Both the position numbers and the translations under genes were made by a program. A model generated the notes under the pieces. It was not told the DNA's origin. It ran no database searches and saw nothing but the letters and a program-made list of their open reading frames with translations. A stretch of DNA of 63,365 nucleotides, filler included, from Octopus bimaculoides (lineage: Eukaryota): assembly GCF_001194135.2 (NCBI RefSeq). It is 8 parts of 6 records of this genome, joined end to end, with 100 filler letters (N's around TTAATTAATTAA, not from the genome) between each part and the next. Parts side by side here need not be neighbours in the genome. Positions count along the whole stretch, not along the records: positions 1 to 19,072 come from NC_069008.1; 7 more parts are not named here. One strand, 5' to 3'. Shown one piece after another: positions 1-13,964 of the stretch (within the stretch, counting starts at the first letter, position 1; every line of letters starts with the position of its first letter).

Positions 1-45
<45 letters not shown>

Positions 46-611
46 TATATATTGCATTAAATATAGGCATAGGTATGGCTGTGTGATAAGAAGTTTGCTT
101 CCCAATTACATGGTTCCAGGTTCAGTGCTACTACATGGCATCTTTATCTTCTATTATAGCCGTGTAAATAAATTTGGCAATCAGAAACTGAGAGAAGACT
201 GTCATATATATACGTAAATATATATGTGTATTTTTTGCCATTTAAACCCATGCACTATATAGCTATATAGTATTCAGTTTTCTTGACGTTAGTGTGCAGT
301 CCTATTTTAGCAGTTGATGTTTCTACTCTGTTGAGCAGCTGTTGAGTATAATCCAATTGTTCTCCAAGCACGGCTACAGCTTTATGACTGAAGCCAGTAA
401 AAAAAAATTATTAAAAAAACTCGAATGTTTTCATCTTTTATCTTATTTATTTTAGATTTTTTTGTATATTATTAATTTTTTTTTTCTCAGCTTGTTTGGG
501 AAATTAAACTTAAATTCATATTTGACATTCCCAGACCTTCAAAGTTTCATTTTAAGGAAATTAATATATTTGATATGTAGAAGGGAAGATGTTCTCCATA
601 TGTACAAATAT

Positions 612-652
<41 letters not shown>

Positions 653-899
653 TTTAAACTGCACTTTCCATGTTAGCACGAGTTGTACGGTTTGACAGTA
701 GCTGGCAAGACAGAAGACTGCACAAGACTTCAGTGTCTGTTTTGGCAGGGTTTTTATGGCTGGATGCCCTTCCTAACCCTGGATGCAGAGTGGACTGAAT
801 ACCTCTTATGTGGCACCAGCACTGGCCATCTGTTTAGTCATAGTTTTTGCATAGTTTTTGCAACTGGATACCCTTTCAAACACCAAACACTTTACATAT

Positions 900-1500
900 T
901 CATATGTTTGTGTGTTGAGGTAGTTTATCATGGGGACATATTTCTTGTGTGTGTGGAGTTTGTGTGTTGTATATATTCAATTTTCCAATTCAGAGAAAGA
1001 AGCTATCCTCGTGGGGTTAGCTGCACAGGTGGTGGTGCCTCTTTGAAGTGTCTAAATGTGAAATATTGCTTGTGTATGCAGGGAGAGATTTCATATCTTA
1101 TATTAAAAATGTTATCAGTTGACTGTATGATATTTAGTGCAATGATGTTTCATTTTATCTGGAGGTTACTTATTTTTCCTTCTTTCAATGACCTTATCAT
1201 ATTGGATGCGGATGTTGCATGTATTTTATTTTTGTCGCTGAATGATGTCAGGTGTTGTGTGAATCTTTCCTTGAACAAGTTGCCTGTCATTCTAATATAC
1301 ATTTTTGTCAATACATGAGCACCTGGGAATTTGGCCTTGTATATAAGTTCTTATTTGAGACAGTTATTTGAAGATCTTGTGGTATTTGTGTGAATGTGGG
1401 AAGTGACTGTCTATTAATTTTAAGAATTTTCTAGCTACTTTCTTGCTATAAGGTGAGTTAAACCATAAGATTTTCCTCTGCCTGTGTCTTCTTGGTCTAT
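900..1500 (-). mobile_element. Penelope-like element 3' fragment (linker + GIY-YIG), degenerate
   Basis: Minus strand gives RRHRQRKILWFNSPYSKKVARKFLKLIDSHFPHSHKYHKIF and later LIYKAKF...MYIRMTGNLFKERFTQHLTSF, with frameshifts. Confidence 0.8.
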
Positions 1501-1675
1501 CTGTATTTGGTTCAATGTAGTTTATTGCATTCTTGAAGTTTTAAACAATTTTGAAGAATTTAAGGAATATATATGCATATATATATATGTATATATATAT
1601 ATATAATATATATATATGTATATATAATATATATATACACACATATACACATAAATATATATATATATATATATA

Positions 1676-1706
<31 letters not shown>

Positions 1707-1836
1707 ATATATATATACACACATATACACATAAATATATATATATATATATATAATATATATATATGTATATATATNNNNNNNNNNNNNNNNNNNNNNN
1801 NNNNNNNNNNNNNNNNNNNNNNNNNNNNNNNNNNNN

Positions 1837-1888
<52 letters not shown>

Positions 1889-1899
1889 TATATATATGA

Positions 1900-1945
<46 letters not shown>

Positions 1946-2503
1946 ACACAAACAGTGAGAGTGAGAAGAGACAGAAAGTTAAAATGTACACCATTAAGCT
2001 GGATATCAGATATATTAAATAAAATCTGAATTAAGACAGTTTTTATCATTGTTGACTTTGACTAGCTTTGAGTGTCTTTGTGTCAATGGAGAGTAATCAG
2101 CTAAAGTGTGTAGTGGAATGTGAGTATATAAGGTAGTGTGTGTGTATGTGTACAAGATCATATATGTGTATTTGTGTGTATGTGTGTCTTTATAGGTGGG
2201 TATATGTGCATTTGTGTGTGTATGCATGTGTGTGTGTGTGTGTGAGTGTGTACGTGTGAGTATATGTGTATGTGTGTGTATGCATGTGTGTGTATGCATG
2301 TGTGTGTGAGTGTGTTTATAGGTGAGCCTGTGTGTGTATTCGTGTGTGTCTATGTATATGAGTAGGTAGATGTATATTTATGAGTGAGTGTGTATGTATG
2401 TGTGTGTGTGTTTACAAGTGTGTTTATAGTTGTACATATGTGTATTTGTGTGTGTGAATCTGTGTGCAACAGTAGGTGAATTTGTGTGTAAAAGCATGTA
2501 CCC

Positions 2504-2542
<39 letters not shown>

Positions 2543-2705
2543 ACTGTATTTATAGATGAGCCTGTACGTATGTATTTATGTGTGTCTGTACATATGCCTG
2601 AGTAAGCAAGTTTGTATATGAGTGTTTGTGTGTAGGACTGTGTATGAGTGTGTGTATAAGTAAGAGAGTGTGTGTTTAAATGTGTGCGTTGAAAGTTGAG
2701 TAATT

Positions 2706-2794
<89 letters not shown>

Positions 2795-3019
2795 CAGGGG
2801 TGGAGTGTATGTTAGGAAAAACTATAAAAACTGGTGCTTTAAGAATGAGATCCCTTGAGGTATATTAAGTTACTGACTCTTCTTCATTGCTTTTTCCATG
2901 ATGAGACCATTGTAAGCAGCCATCAACATCACTGTTGCTCATGAACAGCAAAATAAAAAAAATTGCAAAAGTATGAAATATAGAAATATAAAAATATAAA
3001 AATATATAGTAAAAAGTAT

Positions 3020-3278
3020 CTTCTATCTTTTACTTTTTACCTGGTTCAGTCATTAGACTGCGACCATGCTGGGGCACTGCCTTGAAGAATTTTTAGTTGA
3101 ATGAATCAAGCCTGTACTTATTTATTTAAAGCCTGGTACTTATTCTATTTGTCTCTTTAGTCAAACTGCTAAGTTACAGTGATGTAAACACACCAACAAT
3201 AGTTGTCAAGGAGTAGTTGTGGGGGACAAACACAAACTCACACACACACACACGCACACACACGCGCACACACACGCA

Positions 3279-3319
<41 letters not shown>

Positions 3320-3470
3320 CTGACTTCTTTCAGTTTCCATCTACCACTCACAAGGCTTTGGTTAGCCTGAAGCTATATAAGACACTTGCTGAAGGTGGTA
3401 CACAGTGGAACTGAACTTGCAACCATGCAATTGGGAAGTAAGCTTCTTACCAAACAGCCACACCTGTGTC
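3020..3470 (-). mobile_element. tRNA-derived SINE, family A
   Basis: Reverse complement of the head and tail motifs, with an internal (CA)n. Confidence 0.85.
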
Positions 3471-5699
3471 TATGAAATATAAATATAAAACATAAAAATA
3501 TACATACAATATAAAAATATGTTAAAAAATAAAAAAAAAGTAAATGTAATAAAATAATGCAATGAGTAAGAACAACTACCTTAAGGCATTCTGTCTGATA
3601 TTCTCATATTTCCATCAATCCATTGTCCTGGTTTGGTATAGATTTATCAAACCCCAAAAGGCTGAAAGTCAAAGTTGACTTAAGTTAAATTTGAACTCAG
3701 AGCACAGGGATTCAGCACAAAAGAATCTGAACAAATACTATGAAACATGACATTCTATCAGACACTCTAATAATTTTGCCAACTTGTTTAATATTCGCAA
3801 TTGCTGCATGGACAATGCAAAGAAAACATACAATTTTCTTTAACAAGAAACTAATAAATAATTTTCCACATTGTCTACAAGTAGCATATTACTTTTGCCT
3901 GTTCAAGCATCCATGTTTTAATCCATTTCCTGTACAAGACTCAACAAGTGATAAATTTGTAGCTTAAGCGATTAACATGTAGTTTGCACACGCAGGAAAT
4001 TTTAAATGTCATTATGGCATCTGGAGGATATATAGTATATGTTTCGTGATCCTTTATTATCTGCAATTTCTAGCCACTGCTGATTCTCGCAAATCTATAA
4101 TGGCATAAAAACTACTGTCAAAGCTTTCGCTGTTATTGTCCTTCTCTTCTAAGAATCTTCTCTCTATGTTGACAGAACAACTGAATAAATGAATTATAAT
4201 GTCTGCTGTGAAAAGAAGCACTAGCATATTTTCACAATCACCACTATTCCACTATTTTTTTTTTTTATTGTTGTTGTCATTATTATCTGTTGTTCTGGCA
4301 CTTTATTGTTTCTAAACTATGCATTCAATTCTTCGTTTGTTGGGATGCAGTAACATTCCAGACCATCATCTTGGGCCGTAAACTCTTCAAACTGTTCTTT
4401 GTTTCAATGTCATGATATGACAGGAGAGGCATCTTGACATTCTTCTTTGGTTGGGGCTACGTCTATAACTGCATAATTGCTGATGGTCCTCATATTAAAA
4501 CTGTCATATGATGTGATTAGATGAATAACATTCACTGATGTAATTTTTTTGGCAAAGTTCTTTATACCAGAATGACATTTGGTAGAGAGAATTAACTGCT
4601 TTACCTAAATGTTCTGTAGACAAAAATTGTTTCTAATTTAGACACAAGGTCAGCAATTTTGGCAAGAGGAAAGTAGTCAATTAAATCAACTCCAGAACTT
4701 AACTGTTACTTTACTTAGTGACCCCAGAGAAATGAAAATCAAAGATTTAAACTCAGAATATAAAGATCTGGAAGGAGTAACAAGAAGAATTTCTCTGGCA
4801 TTCTAATGATTCAGCCAGTTTGCAGTCTTACACCACTGTAGAGTAAAAGCAAAGATTCTATAATGCTTTGTTTGCATGGATGAATTACTGAGGTTGTGTT
4901 TCATGGGGGGAAAAATGTTCATGATACTTTATAGGGCCTCTGAAATTGATGGGGGTTAGCAAGATGCCCTCAGACTGGAGACCCAATCCTAGTGCAATCA
5001 ACAGATTAGACTCTGTCAAAGGCACCCAAAGAGTTTGGTAGACGTATGAACCCTCTGGCATTCAGGTTACTGTGTCAAATATAATATTTATCTTTTATTT
5101 TTACTTGTTTCAGTCATTATACAGTGGCCATGTTGGGGCACTGCCATGAAGAGTTTTTAGTCAAACGAATAGAGTCCAGTACCTATTTTTAAGACTAGAT
5201 ACCTATTCTGTCAGTCTCTTTTTTGAAGTGCTGGCTAACAGGGATGTAAACAAACCATTACTAGTTGTCAAATGGTGGTGGGAGGCAAAAAGACACAAAT
5301 ACACATAGATATATATACAACAAAATTCTTTCAGTTTCTGTCTACCAAATCCTTGAGACAGAGAGTGAGAGGGAGGGAGAGAGAGAATTTGGAATTGAAA
5401 TGTTGAGATGTGACAACCCTGATGGGTATAAGAGGTGAAACACTACTGACTGGGTATAACTAGTGTCTCCTCTACAAAGCTCTGTGGCTCTGGTACCATA
5501 GATTTGGATGGAGGAAAAGAACTTTGTTATTCAGATGTGGTGTCATCAATGTCTATATACAAGGAGGAGTGGGGATATTCACAAGCTCCTAGCTGTTGGA
5601 TTGTGTTATGGAATGGATCCTATTAGGTGGGAAGGTATAGCTCCTGAAGTTTAGGCAGAAGGAAGGAATGCTATGACTGTTGCAAATATATGTGCCAAA

Positions 5700-8345
5700 C
5701 AGCAAGGCCAAATACAAATTTTTCCTTCAAGAAGTTACTGCTGCTTTTGATGTAGTTAAGATCCAGTCATTTGTCCTACAAGGAGACATGGAAAAGAATG
5801 ATTGCGAAAAATGGTGACTCTGAATTCACTGCAACTGGAGAGAACTTACTAAACTTCTGTGTTGGAAACAGGTTCTCTATGAACCCCTTCCAATACTCGG
5901 ATATCCATAAGTATATGTGATAACAGATACTTTGACACAAAGGTTGCTCATAGATTTTGTTACAATCTTGGACTTTTTAAATTCTGTGCTGGATGTTCAC
6001 TTAACGAGAGGAGCTGAGCTATCGACTGATCACTTCTTAATTGTTTGCAACCTGAGAGTGTCTACAGCTGGGAGAACTCATAAAACTAATGAGTGAGTGT
6101 AACTTGCCAGGGTAAAGTGGATGATGGGGTCAGAAACTAATATGTGAATACTATTGCACCCAAATTCAGAAACCCTCCTGAACAAACAGAGAACATTGAA
6201 ACAGAGTGAAGATTGTTTTGATTCTTTTTCAGCTGTACAATGCTGAGGATGAAAGTATTTTTTGTGGCATCAGGTTGTAAAAGAATCTGGTTTAACCAGG
6301 GAATTAAAGATGCCATCCAAACAAAGAAGGAGGCTTACAAAGCTTGACTTTGTAAGCAAATCACCTCTTTTGTGTGTGCTACACTGAGGGGGGAAAAGTT
6401 GTAGCAAAGACAATAAAAAATCCAAGGCTAAGTCCTGGGAGAACTTTGACTTTAGATAAATCAATAAAGTATTCTGACAGACCATCTGTTAACATTGTAA
6501 CAAGAAGCCTTCTTCCATACCTATCATTAAGAACTCAAGTGGAGCACTTCTCTTTAGAGAAGAACATCCTTGGGAGGTAGAGAGAATACTTTGCTGATCT
6601 CCTAAATCCATCTCAACAAAATCTTCTGCTGGACATCAGGTATATCTAGGGGTGAAGTCTGACCTCACAGAGGTTGAAATCACAGAAGTGATTAAAGCAC
6701 TTAAATGTGATGAGGCCACTGGGAAGGATGGATTTCAATCTGAGATCTTGAAAGTCTTAAATAGAAAAGATATTCTCTGGCTGACTCATGTATGCTAGGT
6801 AGCTTGGGCCTCTGGAAAGACACATATCCAATGGTAATCCAGAGTGATTTTAAAAAATAGGTAACTCTTGTGCTCAAATTTTAGAGGAATCTCTTTGTTG
6901 AGCCTCCTTGGTAAAATCTATGCTCGGTGTCTGGAAAAGAAATGTAAGGAAATTGCTGAAGGAAATTGAGGCTTTCAGCCTGGACATAGCACGACCAACC
7001 AGATATTCACTCTGTGGCAGGCCTTCAAGAAATCATAGAAATATTTCCGAGGGGTGTACACTTGCTTTGTAGACCTTGTAAATGTATATGATAAAATGCT
7101 GTTGAGAGATGTTGTGTGAGTTTGAGATTAATGGGCAAATTCTTGTTGTCATGAAGTCCTTATACAGATTCCCAGCTGTTCGTCTTCAAGTAAATAGTGT
7201 TAAGTCAAAACCTTTCAGCAAGGGTGTATATTTTCACTTCTCCTTTTAACAATTTTTATGAACTCAATTAACATGTACAAGTGTTGTGGAAGTTGTATCA
7301 CAGTTAGTGAGTGTAGGATTGGTTGGCTTATATTTTTCAGACAACATGGTGCTACTTGGTTCATTAGAAGGTGATCTTCAACATCCACTGAATGGATTCA
7401 TTATTGAGTGCTGCATGGCAAGAATGAGAATTAGTGTTGCAAACACTGAGACATTAGACTTCTCAAGAAAATCCTTCCAGCACAATCTGCATTTTAGTGT
7501 GGAGTATCACTGAGACAAGTGGAGACGTTTAAGCATCTCAAGGCCATATTCACGAATGATAGAAGGCTTGAGGTTGAATTAGATGCTAGAATTGAAGGTG
7601 GTGGCACATTAATACAAAGAGCTACTGGAAAGTTCCTCGCTTTAATGGTATCACAAAAGGCTTTGTTGAAGGCCAAACCTTCTGAGTTCTTTTACAGGAC
7701 TTAGAAAAACTGAAGGGCTGCTGCAATAAGTGTAGGAATCTGAGAGGGGAATATGTTGAATAAAATCACAATGAACTGATCCTCTTGTATTTTCTTTTAC
7801 CCAAAGCCAGGAACTTTTCAGCACCCTCTCATATACCAGCTCCAACGTTTGACCCTTAGAATAGGAGAGGTTGGTAAAAAAAACCAAACTTGCTGTTTTC
7901 AATTTAGTTTCCATACTTACTTTCGTCTATGATTATGACTGTTAGGTAAATGAAGAAAAGGAAATTCTCTTGAAAGATTTCTGGAATAACATTAATCAAT
8001 AAGATGCTTAGCTAGAAGATCACAGAGCCTCTCTAGGTTGAATCACTACTTCAGCATTGGGAGGTCAAGGCTCTGGTGCTATAGATATGTGGTTAGGAAG
8101 TCACAGGAAAGAAATGCAAGACTGATTCTTCAAAATGAGTCATCAAGTAGGAGGCTTCAGAGTAGATCAAGAATGAGATAGTTGGATAATATCCAAGGTC
8201 TCAGTTTGTCATACTTGGGAATCTAGTTGGAAATTGTAATGATGGTAACTTCCAGTAGGACTTTATGGTGGAGGTGCCTAAGAATTCTACCTCCACAACA
8301 CTCCCCAGAGTAGTGGGTAGAGAAAATGGACAGATGGATATTGAC
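5700..8345 (+). mobile_element. RTE-clade LINE (Rex3/Expander-like), degenerate APE + RT
   Basis: RGAELSTDHFLIVCNL (APE end); NFRGISLLSLLGKIYARCLEK; GFQPGHSTTNQIFTL; CFVDL; FSDNMVLL. The 3' end reads gaaaatggacagatgga. Many stops and frameshifts; 5' boundary approximate. Confidence 0.85.
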
Positions 8346-8399
8346 AGATTGGTGGATAGATTAAGAGATATAATAACTAACATAATATATAAATATATA

Positions 8400-11046
8400 C
8401 AGTGGTACCTTGACTTATGAGTGACCCAACTAATGAGATTTTTGAGATATGAGCCATCTCTTGGCTGATTTTTTGCTTTGAGTTGTGATCTAAAATTCGG
8501 GTTATGAGCCAGCTTCAGTTACCCCATTGTTAGTTGGTGTAGCGAACGCCACAGTGAATGCCTTAACATCTGGCCAGCATCCTGTGTCTCACTCGATAAC
8601 TAGACAAATATGCATGTTAGCAAGTGCAAAGATCATTTGTAGATCGATAGCTAGACAGACATACGCGTTAGCAAGTGTNNNNNNNNNNNNNNNNNNNNNN
8701 NNNNNNNNNNNNNNNNNNNNNNNNNNNNNNNTGTTAGCAAGTGCAAAGATCATTTGTAGATCGATAGCTAGACAGACATACGCGTTAGCAAGTGCGAAGA
8801 TCATTTGTAGATCGATAGCTAGACAGACATACGCGTTAGCAAGTGCAAAGATCATTTGTAGATCGATAGCTAGACAGACATACGCGTTAGCAAGTGTGAA
8901 GATCATTAGTGGATCGTTAGCTAGACGGGTGTTAAAATGCTAACTTATTCGTAGCAGGCTACAGAAGCATTAATGTTGTGCTTGCAGTTATTTTGCCAAA
9001 ACTTCGTTTTTCCAAATATGGGTCACAAGAGAGTGAGTGCGAAGGACAGTGGTGTGAAGAAGAAGTAGATGATGTACATTGAATTAAAGAAAGAAATTAT
9101 TAGGAAACATGACCAAAGTGTGCATGTAGTCGACATGGTGAAGCAGTACACCATACTGAAGCAGAAGGAGTCGATAAAAGCTATAATGCTAGCCAAAGGC
9201 ATTAAAATAATTTCTAAACAGTGGACATCTATCCACGAAAGTATGGAGAAGCTGCTGATGGTGTGGTTGAACGAAAAGCTGCTCACAGGCGATACCATGG
9301 TAGAGGCTATAATCTGCGAGAATGCACGAGCTATTTACGCTGATTTGCTGCAGCAGACCCCAGGCACTTGTACAGATGAGGCATCGGGCGAGCCATTTAA
9401 AGCTACTCAGAGCTGGTTCAAGAATTTTAGAAAGTGGACTGGTATTCACCTCTTTGTCAGATATGGTGAGGCAGCTAGAGTGGATATGAAGGCAGTTGAG
9501 GATTACCTCAAAGCTTTTGCTGGAATAATAGCAGCCGGAGGATACATCCCCCAATAAGTCTTCAACTGTGATGAGACAGGACTTATTTGGAAGAAGATGC
9601 CAAGGTGGACTTATATAACAACAGAGGAGAAGAGGATGCCAGGCCACAAATCCAGGTAAGATAGGCTAACCCTTGTATTGTGCGCCAATGTGAGTGGTGA
9701 CTGCAAGATTAAGCCACTGCTTGTTTATCGTTCGGGAAACCCCAGAGCCTTTAAGTCACATGATATTCTGAAAGAAAATCTGTAGGTTATGTGGAGGACA
9801 AATCCAAGGCGTGGGTCAGCAGGTAGTTCTCTGTGGAGTGGGTGAATTTGGTCTTTGGTCCTAACATTAAGAAATATCTCCAAGAACCTATCCCAGCAAT
9901 CTCTTCTTGCCCTGGACAATGCACCTGCTCATCCACCTAACTTCAAAGATGACCTCCTCGAAGAGTTCAAGCTTATAAAGGATCTCTACCTTCCACCCAA
10001 CACCACCCCTGTTCTGCAGCTCATGGACCAGCAGGAGATTTCTAATTTCAAGAAGCTCTTCACCAAGCACCTGTTCCACCACTGCTTTGAGGTGACGGAG
10101 AGCACAAACCTCACCCTTTGAGAGTTCTGGAAGGACAACTGTAGCATCGTGATATGCCTCAGAATTATCGATATGGCCTGGCAGGGTGTTTCTAAGAAGA
10201 CCTTGACCTCTGCATGGAAGAAGCTGTGGCCTGGGGTTGTCTGAAACAGACTTTGAAAGACCTGAACTTGGAGCAGCAGTGGTGGAGGAGATTGTATCCC
10301 TCAGCAAGTTCATGGGCCTGGATGTGAATGAAGGTGACATCAATAAGCTCATCAAAGAACACTCCGAGGAACAGACAACAGAAGAGCTACAGATGCAGCA
10401 GCACAGGTTTTGCAGGAAATAGGTGATGTGGAGAAGACGGAGGAGGTTATCTCTGCAAGTGCAATAAAGAAAATGCTGAGAATGTGGAAGAAACATTTAG
10501 ATTTATTTGAAAGAAACACCCAGAAAAAGTTGCAATTGGGTGTGCGATGGAGCTATTTAACGACACTTGCTTAACTCATTTCAGAAACACTCTGAAAGGG
10601 AGGATGAAATAGACCTTATTGGACAGGTCTTTATTGAAAACTCCTGCAGATAAAAGCGAGGAAAGAGGGGTGAAAAGGTCAGAAATCAGCAAATAAGATT
10701 CAGTTATTCAGTTCAGCTTTTCTCCTCCACTTCCGTCAGCATCCTCAGGTCGTCTGATCTCCAAGTTAAATGCAGTACATGATACGTAGTAAAACCAATT
10801 TATTGCAGTACGTTCTATTGCGTTGTTTTTTTTTATTTTTTATACCATATTAGTTATTTATAAATACAGTTCTCTTATTTAAAAACACGGAACAAAAAAA
10901 TTATGGTGTTTTTTTTTTTAGTGGGGCCAGAACAGATTAATACCATTCCAGTTCATTTCAATGGGGAAATTGATTTGACGTAAGAGTAATTTGAGTTACA
11001 AACTCCATCACGAAACGAATTAAACTCGCAAGTCAAGGTACCATTG
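8400..11046 (+). mobile_element. Tigger/pogo DNA transposon, both TIRs present, disrupted transposase
   Basis: TA|CAGTGGTACCTTGACTTATGAG at 8400-8421 and inverse CTCGCAAGTCAAGGTACCATTG at 11025-11046 (19/22 match). ORF 9069-9557 encodes the CENP-B-type HTH, followed by VFNCDETG; 9855-10121 encodes LDNAPAHP and LPPNTTPVLQLMDQ (DDE_1). Confidence 0.95.
8596..8925 (+). repeat. 51-bp tandem repeat inside the 5' part of the Tigger element
   Basis: Unit gttagcaagtgcaaagatcatttgtagatcgatagctagacagacatacgc, with at least 5 visible copies around an N gap. Confidence 0.95.
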
Positions 11047-11066
11047 GATATGTATATATATAGCAC

Positions 11067-11102
<36 letters not shown>

Positions 11103-11154
11103 CACACACACACACATATATATATACATATACACACACACACATACACATGCA

Positions 11155-11570
11155 GATATGCATATGTATATACATTGTGACTGTGTGGTAAGAAGCTTGC
11201 TTCCCAACCACATGGTTCCAGGTTCAGTCTCATAGCATGGCACCTTTGACAAATATGTCTTCTACTATAAACTTGGGCTCACCAAAACCTTGTGAGAAGA
11301 TTTGGTAGACGGAAACTGAAAGAAGCCCGTTGTATAGATATATGTATGTATGTGTGTGTGTGTGTGTGTGTGAGAGAGTGTGTGTATGTGTGTATCTTTG
11401 ACAACCGATATTGGTTTGTTTACATCCCCATAACTTAGTGGTTCATTACAAGAGACCAATAGAATAAGTACTAGGCTTACAAAGAATAAGTCATGGGATC
11501 AATTTGTTCGACTACAGGTGGTGATCAAGCATAACCGTAGTCAAATGACTGAAACAAGTAAAAGAATATA
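11155..11570 (+). mobile_element. tRNA-derived SINE, family A
   Basis: Head gactgtgtggtaagaagcttgcttccc, internal (TG)n, conserved tail. Confidence 0.88.
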
Positions 11571-11579
11571 TATATATAA

Positions 11580-11740
11580 TAGGTTTTTCTCAGTTTCTGT
11601 CTACCAAATCCACTCACAAGGCTTTGGTCGGCCTCAGGCTATAGTTGAAGACACTTGCCCAAGGTATCATGCAGTGGGACGGAACCCGGAATCAAGTGGT
11701 TGGTAAGCAAGCTACTTACCACACTGCCACTCCTGCACCT
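11580..11740 (-). mobile_element. tRNA-derived SINE, family A head
   Basis: Reverse complement of the same head, directly after the + copy. Confidence 0.85.
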
Positions 11741-11792
11741 ATATTTATATATATACATATATATAAATCTATATACATATCTATACATATAT

Positions 11793-11907
<115 letters not shown>

Positions 11908-12706
11908 NNNNNNNNNNNNNNNNNNNNNNNNNNNNNNNNNNNNNNNNNNNNNNNNNNNNNNNNNNNNNNNNNNNNNNNNNNNNNNNNNNNNNNNNNNNNN
12001 NNNNNNNNNNNNNNNNNNNNNNNNNNNNNNNNNNNNNNNNNNNNNNNNNNNNNNNNNNNNNNNNNNNNNNNNNNNNNNNNNNNNNNNNNNNNNNNNNNNN
12101 NNNNNNNNNNNNNNNNNNNNNNNNNNNNNNNNNNNNNNNNNNNNNNNNNNNNNNNNNNNNNNNNNNNNNNNNNNNNNNNNNNNNNNNNNNNNNNNNNNNN
12201 NNNNNNNNNNNNNNNNNNNNNNNNNNNNNNNNNNNNNNNNNNNNNNNNNNNNNNNNNNNNNNNNNNNNNNNNNNNNNNNNNNNNNNNNNNNNNNNNNNNN
12301 NNNNNNNNNNNNNNNNNNNNNNNNNNNNNNNNNNNNNNNNNNNNNNNNNNNNNNNNNNNNNNNNNNNNNNNNNNNNNNNNNNNNNNNNNNNNNNNNNNNN
12401 NNNNNNNNNNNNNNNNNNNNNNNNNNNNNNNNNNNNNNNNNNNNNNNNNNNNNNNNNNNNNNNNNNNNNNNNNNNNNNNNNNNNNNNNNNNNNNNNNNNN
12501 NNNNNNNNNNNNNNNNNNNNNNNNNNNNNNNNNNNNNNNNNNNNNNNNNNNNNNNNNNNNNNNNNNNNNNNNNNNNNNNNNNNNNNNNNNNNNNNNNNNN
12601 NNNNNNNNNNNNNNNNNNNNNNNNNNNNNNNNNNNNNNNNNNNNNNNNNNNNNNNNNNNNNNNNNNNNNNNNNAAAAACGTATAAATTCAAATGAACATA
12701 TTTATC

Positions 12707-12785
12707 TTCTTCAATATATATTTCAGTATAAAGAATTCATTAAGAGACTTAAATCAAAATTTCTTTACACATCATTCAGGAATAA
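12707..12785 (-). ncRNA. Type I hammerhead ribozyme motif (long stem II, CUGAAUGA core variant)
   Basis: Minus strand: TTATTC CTGAATGA T GTGTAAAGAA..TTCTTTATAC T GAAA TATATA T T GAAGAA. Manual fold only. Confidence 0.65.
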
Positions 12786-13964
12786 ATATAACATAAAAAA
12801 AAATACATTCCGTTTAAAAACACAAACCGTCCATGGCGAAAAAATTTCACAATTACAAAAACCGAACAAAATTTTTAAAGTTTTAGCAAAAAGAACGCTA
12901 TTACCTACATACAGGCATCCGCGTGTGCGCCCGTGCACACACGTTCATGCGCGCACACACGTTGATGCACGCACACACNNNNNNNNNNNNNNNNNNNNNN
13001 NNNNNNNNNNNNNNNNNNNNNNNNNNNNNNNNNNNNNNNNNNNNNNNNNNNNNNNNNNNNNNNNNNNNNNNNNNNNNNNNNNNNNNNNNNNNNNNNNNNN
13101 NNNNNNNNNNNNNNNNNNNNNNNNNNNNNNNNNNNNNNNNNNNNNNNNNNNNNNNNNNNNNNNNNNNNNNNNNNNNNNNNNNNNNNNNNNNNNNNNNNNN
13201 NNNNNNNNNNNNNNNNNNNNNNNNNNNNNNNNNNNNNNNNNNNNNNNNNNNNNNNNNNNNNNNNNNNNNNNNNNNNNNNNNNNNNNNNNNNNNNNNNNNN
13301 NNNNNNNNNNNNNNNNNNNNNNNNNNNNNNNNNNNNNNNNNNNNNNNNNNNNNNNNNNNNNNNNNNNNNNNNNNNNNNNNNNNNNNNNNNNNNNNNNNNN
13401 NNNNNNNNNNNNNNNNNNNNNNNNNNNNNNNNNNNNNNNNNNNNNNNNNNNNNNNNNNNNNNNNNNNNNNNNNNNNNNNNNNNNNNNNNNNNNNNNNNNN
13501 NNNNNNNNNNNNNNNNNNNNNNNNNNNNNNNNNNNNNNNNNNNNNNNNNNNNNNNNNNNNNNNNNNNNNNNNNNNNNNNNNNNNNNNNNNNNNNNNNNNN
13601 NNNNNNNNNNNNNNNNNNNNNNNNNNNNNNNNNNNNNNNNNNNNNNNNNNNNNNNNNNNNNNNNNNNNNNNNNNNNNNNNNNNNNNNNNNNNNNNNNNNN
13701 NNNNNNNNNNNNNNNNNNNNNNNNNNNNNNNNNNNNNNNNNNGTATATATACATGTATATACATACATATATATACATATATATATATAGATACAATTTC
13801 TTCAAAGTAAACTCTGTAATCGTTACCAATATAGCATAAGATATCACCTCAAAAAATCTTTAATTAGATTCCTTAAGGATCGTTCTCTTTGTTTATATAT
13901 CCAAAGTTTCAAATTTATACATTTAAAGAAGAGATTTAACACCGAAGTTTATTTATCCATGTAT

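Noticed and set aside
683-1318. 211-aa plus-strand ORF
   Set aside because: It is antisense to a recognisable PLE fragment and overlaps a repeat, with no protein-like motif.
1522-2049. Long YI/HT/VC/SL-repeat ORFs and all X-filled ORFs in the track
   Set aside because: These are translations of dinucleotide microsatellites and N gaps, with no coding signal.
5413-5450. CTGATGG..GAAAC hammerhead-like motif
   Set aside because: A9 is altered and there is no convincing stem II or stem I.
8596-8925. CRISPR-like array
   Set aside because: The units are contiguous with no unique spacers, and the context is a eukaryotic transposon.
9888-10496. 202-aa minus-strand ORF
   Set aside because: It is the antisense shadow of the Tigger transposase.
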